This document shows, piece by piece, positions 45,529-52,828 of a DNA stretch of 52,828 bases; position 1 is the first letter of the stretch, and every line of letters begins with the position of its first letter. Both the position numbers and the translations under genes were made by a program. Below the pieces are notes generated by a model. The model saw only the letters and a list, made by a program, of their open reading frames with translations. It was not told the origin of the DNA and did no database searches. The DNA lies in assembly GCA_964429865.1 (NCBI GenBank), contig CAYSDK010000003.1, positions 1 through 52,828 of the forward strand, given 5' to 3'. The DNA is from an uncultured bacterium (lineage in GTDB: Bacteria; Methylomirabilota; Methylomirabilia; Methylomirabilales; CSP1-5).

Positions 45529-46395
45529 TCAGCGAGCCTTCTGCTCGAGAACCTCCCTACCGGCCGAGCCAACCGTCTCTTCGATCAAGTGTTCGACATC
45601 GCCGATGCTCCCTGGCCGCGCGCTGCTCTTCGCCAGGGAGAGGAAGAACTCGCGATTCCCCTTGGCCCCGAGAATCGGGGACGCACAGAGGCCCCTGACC
45701 ACCATACCGAGCCCCCGCGCGCTGCCGGCCACCTTGCGAATTGCACGCCCATGCTGGCGCGGATCGCGGACGACCCCCCCCTTCCCCACCTCTCCTTTTC
45801 CCACTTCAAACTGCGGCTTGATCAGGGCAACGATGTCGCCATCGGGAACGAGCAGGTCCGTGATCACCGGAATCACGAGCGTGAGGGAGATGAAAGCAAC
45901 GTCGATCACCGCCAGATGAGGCCGCACAGGCAGCTGGCGGCTGGTCAGATGCCGGACATTGACCCGTTCGAGAAAAATCACCCGGGGATCGTGCCGGAGA
46001 CGCGGGTGCAGGTGGCCGTGGCCCACATCCACGGCGATAACGCTCGCCGCCCCAGCCTGAAGGAGACAATCGGTAAACCCGCCGGTCCCCGCCCCGACGT
46101 CGAGACAGACCTTGTCCTTGACATCGACGCCGAAGGCATCGAGCGCGGCCCGAAGCTTGACGCCCCCCCGACCGACGAAGGGGTGCTCCGGGCCGGCGAT
46201 GGTCACTGCCGCTTCCGATCCGATCAGGGTGCCCGGCTTATCGACCCGTCGGCCATCCACTCGCACCTGGCCGGCGAGGATCAGTCCCCGTGCGCGCTCT
46301 CGGCTCTCGACCAGCGCCTCGTCCACCAGGCGCTGATCCAGACGTTTCCTGGACTTCCTTGGGTTTCCTGGGTTCGTTGCGTTCGTTGCGTTCAT
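45529..46395 (-). CDS. tlyA: TlyA family rRNA (cytidine-2'-O)-methyltransferase (S4 + FtsJ-like domains)
   Basis: RLDQRLVDEALVESRERARGLILAGQVRVDG (S4 domain) and DVGAGTGGFTDCLLQAGA (SAM motif). The start is uncertain. ATG 46395 avoids a 50-nt overlap with xseB, while the open frame runs to 46467 through a nonamer repeat. Confidence 0.85.
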   Translation of the reverse strand: MNATNATNPGNPRKSRKRLDQRLVDEALVESRERARGLILAGQVRVDGRRVDKPGTLIGSEAAVTIAGPEHPFVGRGGVKLRAALDAFGVDVKDKVCLDVGAGTGGFTDCLLQAGAASVIAVDVGHGHLHPRLRHDPRVIFLERVNVRHLTSRQLPVRPHLAVIDVAFISLTLVIPVITDLLVPDGDIVALIKPQFEVGKGEVGKGGVVRDPRQHGRAIRKVAGSARGLGMVVRGLCASPILGAKGNREFFLSLAKSSARPGSIGDVEHLIEETVGSAGREVLEQKAR

Positions 46396-46417
46396 TGGGT
46401 TTGTTGGGTTGCGAGTA

Positions 46418-46657
46418 CTACTCCTGCCCTTCTTTAAAGGGCGCCTCCGCAATCTCGCCTCGCTCATTCTTCAGGAGGATCGTGATCCGCCGCTCGGCCT
46501 CCTCTAGACGATGCGTGCAGACCTTGGTGAGATGAACTCCTTCCTCGAAAAGACGGAGCGACTCCTCCAGCGGCAGCTCGCCCGACTCCAAACGGTTCAC
46601 GACCGCCTCAAGTCTCGTCAGGGCCTCCTCGAATTGTATCTCTTTCTCGTCCGCCAT
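46418..46657 (-). CDS. xseB: Exodeoxyribonuclease VII small subunit
   Basis: FEEALTRLEAVVNRLESGELPLEESLRLFEEG signature. 79 aa, downstream of xseA. Confidence 0.85.
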   Translation of the reverse strand: MADEKEIQFEEALTRLEAVVNRLESGELPLEESLRLFEEGVHLTKVCTHRLEEAERRITILLKNERGEIAEAPFKEGQE

Positions 46658-46708
46658 CCCGTTCCCCGTGCCACCGCGTGTCGATCACCGACAGAGGCCT
46701 GTGCGCGC

Positions 46709-47917
46709 CTACTGCCGCTGTTCCTCAACCCGACAGATCAGTCCCCCCTGGTGGAGCAGCACCTCCACGCGTTCCCCCTCCGCGACGGAGGCGGCACGCG
46801 TGAGGATGCTGAGATCGGGAAGTCGCCGGCAGACGCTGTATCCGCGGGCCAGGATGGCCAAGGGGCTGAGCGAATCGAGCCGCGCCGCCGCGGTTCTGAG
46901 ATCCCCCCGCCACAACGCGAGGCGATGGCTCATCGATGATTGAAGCGCCAGCGCCCCGTCTCTGAGCCGCTCCCGCTGCCGCTTCACCCGCTCGAGGGGA
47001 CTGAGCAGCCTGAGGTGCCGTTCGAGACTTCGCAGTCGCTCTCCACTCCTTTCGGCCCGGTACCGCATATGACTCACCAGTCGGCTGAAGAGATCGTCTA
47101 CCCGCTGGCTGAGTTCTGCCTTTCGCGAGATGACGAGCTCGGCAGCCGCCGAGGGGGTCGGGGCACGGACATCAGCCACGAAGTCGGCAATGGTGAAGTC
47201 GGTCTCATGGCCCACCGCGGAGATCACCGGCGTCTGGGAGACGTAGATCGCGCGAGCGACCACCTCTTCGTTAAAGGCCCAGAGGTCCTCGATGGATCCT
47301 CCCCCGCGCGCCACGATGAGGACATCCAGGTCCCCCCGTTTGTTCAGGGACTCGATTCCCTCCACGATTTCGGCCGCGGCCCCCTCCCCTTGAACCCTGA
47401 CGGGGAAGATGAGGACCTGGACGTTGGCAAACCGTCGGTGGATGATCTGGAGGATGTCCCGGATCGCCGCACCACTCGGGGACGTGACGAGGCCGATCTT
47501 CTTGGGAAGGAGGGGGATGGGTCGCTTCCGCGCGGGGTCAAAAAGTCCTTCGGCCTCGAGGCGGGTCTTCAGCTGCTCAAAGGCGAGCTGCAGGGCGCCG
47601 AGCCCCTTGGGCTCCATGTATTCTACATAGACCTGGTACTCCCCTCGGGGCTCGTAGATGGTCACATTGCCAAAGACGATGACCGCCAAACCATCCTCGG
47701 GTCGAAACTGGAGCCCCCGGTTGCTCCCTCGGAACATGACCCCGCGGAGCTGCCCCCGATCGTCTTTGAGGGTAAAGTACATGTGGCCCGAGGTGTGGTG
47801 CTTGAAGTTGGAGATCTCCCCCTCGACCCAGACCCCGGTGAATGTGTTTTCGAGGAGGGCCTTGAGTTCGGCGGTCAGCTCACTGACGCTGTAGATACGC
47901 GGCGTTCGTAACTCCAC
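46709..47917 (-). CDS. xseA: Exodeoxyribonuclease VII large subunit
   Basis: GTG start. N-terminal OB fold (VWVEGEISNFKHHTSGHMYFTLKD), catalytic core (VTSPSGAAIRDI, ARGGGSIEDLW, SAVGHETD). Confidence 0.9.
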   Translation of the reverse strand: MELRTPRIYSVSELTAELKALLENTFTGVWVEGEISNFKHHTSGHMYFTLKDDRGQLRGVMFRGSNRGLQFRPEDGLAVIVFGNVTIYEPRGEYQVYVEYMEPKGLGALQLAFEQLKTRLEAEGLFDPARKRPIPLLPKKIGLVTSPSGAAIRDILQIIHRRFANVQVLIFPVRVQGEGAAAEIVEGIESLNKRGDLDVLIVARGGGSIEDLWAFNEEVVARAIYVSQTPVISAVGHETDFTIADFVADVRAPTPSAAAELVISRKAELSQRVDDLFSRLVSHMRYRAERSGERLRSLERHLRLLSPLERVKRQRERLRDGALALQSSMSHRLALWRGDLRTAAARLDSLSPLAILARGYSVCRRLPDLSILTRAASVAEGERVEVLLHQGGLICRVEEQRQ

Positions 47918-47979
47918 AGCCTCCTCTTAACATAGCCCCTCTCCCTTGTCAAACCTCTCGCCTGCTGGCGAAGTCCGAT

Positions 47980-50427
47980 TCAATCCCCCGCCCAGACGCC
48001 CAGCTCCTGCCGGTACGTCCTGGACGTCACCGCGCCATCCCGCAATGCAAAGGTGACTGCCCCGTCCCGGTCGGTCCGAAAGACCTGGATTCCCTGGGCC
48101 GCGTACCGAGCGAGGGTCTCGTGGTGCGGATGCCCAAAGGGATTCCGGTCCCCCGCCTGAATGACCGCCCACCGGGGTCTCACCTCGCGGAGAAACGAGG
48201 TGGAACTCGCCCCCCGGCTTCCATGATGAGGGACCTTGAGCAGATCGGCCTCGAGCGTGAGGCCCGCATCAAGGAGCGACGCCTCTCCCTCCCCCTCGAT
48301 ATCACCGGTGAGGAGCAGGCGAAGCTGCTGCTGATCGATGCGGAGGACGAGAGAGTTGTTATTGGCCATGGTTGTGGGGCGTCCCTTCCGGGGGATGAAA
48401 AATGGCCGGGGCGGATGGAGCGCCGTCACCGCGACACCGGGTCCAAGCGCTATGTGCTCCCCTCGGGTGATCCGTCGCAGCCGGATCTGCTTTTCCCTGA
48501 CAAAGCTCTGAAGCCACAGGTACGTCGGATCGTAGGAGGAATAACCGCTTTCCCACACCTCCCCCACGGGGAAGTTCTCCAGGACCGCCTTGAGGCCTGC
48601 CAAATGGTCAAATTGAGGATGGGTCAGCACCACTACATCGACCCGACGGATCCAGCGATACCAGAGATAGGGCGCAACGACCTGCTCACCAATATCGAAA
48701 CGGTCATCAAAGCTTCCGCCCCCGTCTACCAAGATCGATTTCCCATCGGCGAGCTCCAAGAAGATTGCGTCTCCTTGGCCCACGTCGAGGAAGGTCGCCT
48801 GAAACTCCCCTCCGCGGTTCAGGAGCTTCCATCCGATCTGTCCGAGGAGGAACAGGAAGCAGAGGACTGTTGCAAGCACCCTGCGCCGGAAGGCCGGGCC
48901 GAGCAACAGAGCCAAAATAGCGGAGTATGTCACCACCATGAGAGGGGTCGGGGTGTAGAGTCGGACAGAGGCGAGGGGGAGGGCGGCAAAGGTCTGCGCC
49001 GCCTGGATTGCTGCCTTGGTCAGCACGAGGACGACGGTTTGGACGGGGGAAAATCCCTCTCGGACGAGCAGGAGAAGCAGACTATAGCCCATGCCGAACG
49101 CGGTCACGAGGCCGCCGAGGGGCACGATGACCAGATTCGCCAAAATGCCGGTCACGGAGGCCCGATTGAAATGGAGGGCAAGGACGGGTAGCACCCCCAG
49201 AGATGCCGCAGCCGAGGCAATGAGGGACGCGAGGAGCCACCGCCACGGCCTGGCGATGTGGCTCAGATCCCATCGCTCGACCGCGACCAGGATGGCCCCG
49301 GTGGCTGCAAAGGTCAGCTGGAAGCCTGCGTCGAAGAGGGAGAGAGGATTCCACAAGAGGAGGATGAACCCGGCCAAGGCGAGCGTGTTGTAGAGGTCTC
49401 GCCCACGGCCAGCGATGACGGCCAGGAGGTACAGGCCGGTCATGAGGGCTGCCCGAACGACCGGTGGGCTTCCCCCCGCCACGAGGGTATAGAGGACGAC
49501 GCCAACGACGGTGATCAGACTCCCCGCCACTGGTGGAAGCCGCAGAAGACGGGCGAAGAAGAAGAGGATGCCGGCGAAGAACCCGACCTGAAACCCGGAG
49601 ATCACCAAGATGTGGTAGGTGCCCGAAAGGAGAAAGGCCTTGCGGATTTCCGCCGAAAGTCCGGACTGGTCGCCGAGGACCATCGCTTTGAGGACTCCCC
49701 CCTCCTCGGGCGGGAGGTCGGCTCCGATTCTCTTGAGCATCGTCTCGCGGAGGTCCGCAACGACCCGGAGAACCTCATTGCCTCCATCCCGGCCCAGGAG
49801 ACGGATCTCTGCTCCTTCCCGCCCCCACCCCTCAAGCTGAAATCCTCTGGTCAGGGCATAGCGGCGATAGTTAAACGCCCCGGGGTTCCAGTATCCTCTC
49901 GGACGGCGCAACCGAAAATTCCCCCGGATCCGATCCCCGTATCGGTACTCCTGGACCGGATCAAGGATGCTGACACGAGCACCGCCGCTCGTCTGGTATC
50001 GATCCCCCCCCAGGGTGATCTCCTCCACTTGGACCAGGAAGCGGACCCGTTTTTCCCGCCGCCACCCCTCTCCGGGCGGGATGACCTCCGGCGGCGAAAT
50101 GATCACTCCCTCAAGCCCCACCCTCCCCGTGAGCATCGCCTCGGGGACCTTCGAGAGGTGAAAGCGTCCCTGGGGGTGGACCGCCTGCAGGTATCGAAGA
50201 GATCCGAAGAGGAGAAACGCCACAAGGATCGAGATAGTCGCGCTCACTGGACGCGAAGCCCACAGCGCCAAGGCCCCTACACCTAGCACTAGGACGGTGG
50301 CCAGAAGGAGGTGAATGGGTGGGAAGGGAAGGGATGGGCCAGTCAACAGACCGATACTGTAGGCCAGCACCAGCGGGATGAGGGGTCGTCGAAACGGAGT
50401 GACGGTCGATGGGTGGGTGTCCATCAC
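47980..50427 (-). CDS. comEC: DNA internalization-related competence protein ComEC/Rec2
   Basis: 815 aa. N-terminal DUF4131-like region, polytopic competence domain, and C-terminal metallo-beta-lactamase domain (FLDVGQGDA, THPQFDHLAG, KVPHHGS). Confidence 0.9.
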   Translation of the reverse strand: MMDTHPSTVTPFRRPLIPLVLAYSIGLLTGPSLPFPPIHLLLATVLVLGVGALALWASRPVSATISILVAFLLFGSLRYLQAVHPQGRFHLSKVPEAMLTGRVGLEGVIISPPEVIPPGEGWRREKRVRFLVQVEEITLGGDRYQTSGGARVSILDPVQEYRYGDRIRGNFRLRRPRGYWNPGAFNYRRYALTRGFQLEGWGREGAEIRLLGRDGGNEVLRVVADLRETMLKRIGADLPPEEGGVLKAMVLGDQSGLSAEIRKAFLLSGTYHILVISGFQVGFFAGILFFFARLLRLPPVAGSLITVVGVVLYTLVAGGSPPVVRAALMTGLYLLAVIAGRGRDLYNTLALAGFILLLWNPLSLFDAGFQLTFAATGAILVAVERWDLSHIARPWRWLLASLIASAAASLGVLPVLALHFNRASVTGILANLVIVPLGGLVTAFGMGYSLLLLLVREGFSPVQTVVLVLTKAAIQAAQTFAALPLASVRLYTPTPLMVVTYSAILALLLGPAFRRRVLATVLCFLFLLGQIGWKLLNRGGEFQATFLDVGQGDAIFLELADGKSILVDGGGSFDDRFDIGEQVVAPYLWYRWIRRVDVVVLTHPQFDHLAGLKAVLENFPVGEVWESGYSSYDPTYLWLQSFVREKQIRLRRITRGEHIALGPGVAVTALHPPRPFFIPRKGRPTTMANNNSLVLRIDQQQLRLLLTGDIEGEGEASLLDAGLTLEADLLKVPHHGSRGASSTSFLREVRPRWAVIQAGDRNPFGHPHHETLARYAAQGIQVFRTDRDGAVTFALRDGAVTSRTYRQELGVWAGD

Positions 50428-50498
50428 AGAGGCCGGGAAGAAGGGGGCGAACAGAGACCCTTTACTTTCGTAGATCGAGGGGTTAGGATACGCTGGTC

Positions 50499-51671
50499 AT
50501 GAAGGCGGGCGTGAGGATCATCGATCGATACATCGGCCGCGAGCTCTTCACCTCAATGGGCCTCGGACTCGGATTTTTCACTTTCGTGCTCCTGACCAGG
50601 CCGCTCCTGAAACTCATCGAGCTTGTCGTCACCAAGCATGTCCCCCTGGCGAGCGTTGCGTGGCTCTTTCTGTTTATCCTCCCTCCCCTGCTGGTCTTTA
50701 CCACCCCCATGGCCCTTCTCCTTGCGGTCATCGCCACGTACGGCCGACTGGCTGCCGACCAGGAGCTCACTGCGCTCAAGGCGGCGGGATGCAGACTGTA
50801 CCGTCTGTCCCTGCCCGCCTTCGGTGTCGGCATCGTGGCCACGGCCATCACCGCTGCCAGCACCATCTATGCCGTTCCCTGGGCGGCGCAGGCCTTCCGA
50901 GACCTGGTGTTCGTCCTCACACGGACCCAGGCAACCATAGGTATCGAGGAACGGGTCTTCAACGACGACTTTCATGGCCTGATCCTGTACGCCAACCGTC
51001 TGGACGATGCCAACGGGGTCATGGAGGGGGTCTTTGTGGTCGATACCAGGGATGAAAAAAACCCGCGCACGATCACGGCCCGCCGGGGCCGCGTCGCTCC
51101 CGATGATCGGCAGAACACCGTCGTGCTCGAGCTCCAGGAGGGCTCCGCCCACGTGATCCCCGAGGGGAACCCGCGCAACTACCAGGTCTCCAGGTTTCAG
51201 ACCTTGAAATTGCCCCTCTCCGTGAGCGATCCCCGGAGCGCCGGAGTGAATGAGAGGAACCCCGACGAGCTGACGATCGCTGAACTGCTCGCCGCCATCC
51301 GGGACCGTGGCGCCTCCGGAGGAAAGACGGCAGACCTGCTGGTCAGTTTTCACCACCGATTCGCCATGCCCGCCGCCTGCCTCGTCTTCATCACCCTCGG
51401 CACACCGTTGGCGATCCGTATCCGGCGATCGGGTCGGGGAATCAGCCTCGGGCTCACCACTGCGCTGGCCTTCATCTACTATACCCTGATGGTCTTCGGT
51501 CACGGGATGGGGAAGAATGGCATGATCTCGCCCTTCTGGGGCGTCTGGCTCCCGAATCTCCTCCTCGGCAGCATCGGCCTGCTCCTCTTCATCGGCGGAG
51601 ACCGCGAATCGTGGATCCCCGCATCCCTTCGGGAGGTGTGGGCCACGGCCCGAGGCCTGAGAGGGTCATGA
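50499..51671 (+). CDS. lptF: LPS export ABC transporter permease LptF (YjgP/YjgQ family)
   Basis: IIDRYIGRELF N-terminus, 6-TM permease with a periplasmic beta-jellyroll insert. Followed by lptG with an ATGA overlap. Confidence 0.85.
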   Translation: MKAGVRIIDRYIGRELFTSMGLGLGFFTFVLLTRPLLKLIELVVTKHVPLASVAWLFLFILPPLLVFTTPMALLLAVIATYGRLAADQELTALKAAGCRLYRLSLPAFGVGIVATAITAASTIYAVPWAAQAFRDLVFVLTRTQATIGIEERVFNDDFHGLILYANRLDDANGVMEGVFVVDTRDEKNPRTITARRGRVAPDDRQNTVVLELQEGSAHVIPEGNPRNYQVSRFQTLKLPLSVSDPRSAGVNERNPDELTIAELLAAIRDRGASGGKTADLLVSFHHRFAMPAACLVFITLGTPLAIRIRRSGRGISLGLTTALAFIYYTLMVFGHGMGKNGMISPFWGVWLPNLLLGSIGLLLFIGGDRESWIPASLREVWATARGLRGS

Positions 51672-52759
51672 TCCGCATTCTGGATCGGTACATCGGGCGA
51701 GACTTCTTGATTCTGTTCGGTCTCACCTTTGCGGTCTTGGTGGCCACCTCCCTCCTCATCCACCTCTTCGAGAGGCTCCACCGGTATGTGGCCTGGGGAG
51801 CCTCGGTTTCCGATATCCTGAGTTACTACTTCTACACGCTTCCGCGGGAAGCCCTCCGCATGGCCCCCTTTGCCGTTCTGATCGCCTCCTTTCTCAGCGT
51901 TGGCAAATTCAACCGGAACCATGAACTTCTCGCCATGCAGATGGCGCGCCTGCACCCCCTCCGGGCGGTTCTGCCCGTCGTCCTCCTTGCCCTGGGGATC
52001 ACCGCCATCCTCTCTGTGGTCCAAGAAGTGATTGCCCCCGGGGCAAACGAGATTGCCCTGCGGATCCGAGAACAGCGGATGAAGAAGGAGGCCGCATTTC
52101 ATCGCACCCGGAGCCAGGACATCTGGTATCTGGCGGGGCCAGACCGCATCCTCCACATCGAGCTCCTGGACACCAGGAAGGGCGAGATGCTGGATGTCTC
52201 TCTTTTTCAGTTTTCCCCAGACTTCGTGCCGATCGAGCGGATCGAGGCAGCCAGGGGCCAGTGGAGGGACGGGCGTTGGGTCCTCTCGGGCGTCCAGATT
52301 CACCGATTCTCGGGAGGGGGAATTGAGATGAGCGTCGCCGAGGTCCAGGAAATGCCCTTGGAGTTGGACGCGACCCCTGAGGACCTGGCGGTCGTCGAGA
52401 AGGAAGTGGCGGAGATGGGCTATGCGGAACTCAAGCGGTATATCCAGCGACTGACTCGCGGCGGGGTGGACGCCCGCCGCTACGTGGCGGATCTGGCGGC
52501 CAAGCCTGCCACATTAGCCGTCAATTTCATCATGGCGCTCATAGGGATTGTCATTGCGTTCCGGGTCGGACGCCAGGGATTCTTCGTCCACATGGGCACG
52601 TGCATCGCCGCGGCGGGCCTGTACTGGTTTCTCTCCTCCATGGCCCTCCAACTGGCCCGCAATGACGTGCTCCCCCCGCTCTTCCTCGTCTGGCTTCCAA
52701 ACCTGATCTTTGGGGGCCTCGCCTTCTTCGGCCTGCTCCGGTCTCAACCCCGGATCTAA
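51668..52759 (+). CDS. lptG: LPS export ABC transporter permease LptG
   Basis: The MIRILDRYIGRDF start at 51668 overlaps the lptF stop (ATGA). YjgP/YjgQ architecture. The open frame extends to 51611. Confidence 0.85.
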   Translation: MIRILDRYIGRDFLILFGLTFAVLVATSLLIHLFERLHRYVAWGASVSDILSYYFYTLPREALRMAPFAVLIASFLSVGKFNRNHELLAMQMARLHPLRAVLPVVLLALGITAILSVVQEVIAPGANEIALRIREQRMKKEAAFHRTRSQDIWYLAGPDRILHIELLDTRKGEMLDVSLFQFSPDFVPIERIEAARGQWRDGRWVLSGVQIHRFSGGGIEMSVAEVQEMPLELDATPEDLAVVEKEVAEMGYAELKRYIQRLTRGGVDARRYVADLAAKPATLAVNFIMALIGIVIAFRVGRQGFFVHMGTCIAAAGLYWFLSSMALQLARNDVLPPLFLVWLPNLIFGGLAFFGLLRSQPRI

Positions 52760-52771
52760 CAGACTGCTGCC

Positions 52772-52828
52772 TCAGGTCCCGGACTCCCAAGACCGGAGAT
52801 ACCGCTGCTGCTCCGCGGTCAAGCTATC
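52772..52828 (-). CDS. 3' end of a gene running off the window (C-terminus ...DSLTAEQQRYLRSWESGT*); possibly adenosylhomocysteinase
   Basis: An 18-codon in-frame tail ends in TGA at 52772-52774. The LT.EQ..YL.SW..GT ending resembles the C-terminus of short-form AhcY as I recall it. Very limited evidence. Confidence 0.25.
   Translation of the reverse strand, partial: DSLTAEQQRYLRSWESGT

Noticed and set aside
47918-47979. TTGACA-17 nt-TAAGAG promoter-like match upstream of xseA
   Set aside because: The -10 matches the consensus at only 3 of 6 positions and abuts the SD and start codon, leaving no workable leader. This is probably a chance match.
1-52828. Searched for CRISPR arrays, IS elements/transposases, integrases, phage genes, rRNA, retron/DGR-like reverse transcriptases
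   Set aside because: I found no regularly spaced direct repeats with unique spacers. No ORF has transposase, integrase or RT motifs. The only dispersed repeats are the short heptamer or nonamer elements reported above.

Overview
A 52.8-kb, GC-rich (by eye about 60-65%), very gene-dense chromosomal segment from a diderm bacterium. The lptA/B/C/F/G genes, a TonB-like protein and an HtrA protease support the diderm call. I cannot assign the lineage from sequence alone. About 50 protein genes are supportable, mostly on the minus strand, and almost all are housekeeping:
- der and hflX GTPases
- an aromatic amino-acid block (pheA-hisC-aroF-tyrA)
- scpAB, comEA, lysC and pgsA
- the lptC-lptA-lptB-rpoN-(hpf remnant)-rapZ cluster
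- a glutaryl-CoA-dehydrogenase-like gene, fadD, rmuC, a sigma-70-family factor and htrA
- an Ntn-hydrolase acylase
- recN-nadK-tlyA-xseB-xseA, comEC and lptFG

There is one tRNA-Leu(CAG). I saw no rRNA, CRISPR array, transposase, integrase or phage genes.

The only clearly accessory-looking locus is 22.3-23.7 kb. It holds a wHTH-fused nucleotidyltransferase-like gene and an overlapping HEPN (R-x4-H) gene. These are followed on the same strand by two tandem, Shine-Dalgarno-preceded 12-codon poly-lysine micro-ORFs (MAKKKKAGKKKK and MAKKKKAGKKKR) and a hairpin, all directly upstream of the lysine-catabolic gcdH-like gene. This is my best candidate for something undescribed, but it is a hypothesis.

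Other notable points:
- A family of intergenic palindromic elements built from tandem heptamers occurs at five or more loci, and two copies share a 20-nt identical core.
- A 42-codon relic of hpf sits at its canonical position.
- One protein fuses a DUF4388 domain to a GspG-like C-terminus.
- A nonamer tandem repeat lies at the 5' end of tlyA.

All functional calls come from recognising motifs and synteny by eye. No database search was run. Many long ORFs in the track are antisense shadow ORFs typical of high-GC DNA and were rejected. The ORF track translates GTG starts as M.
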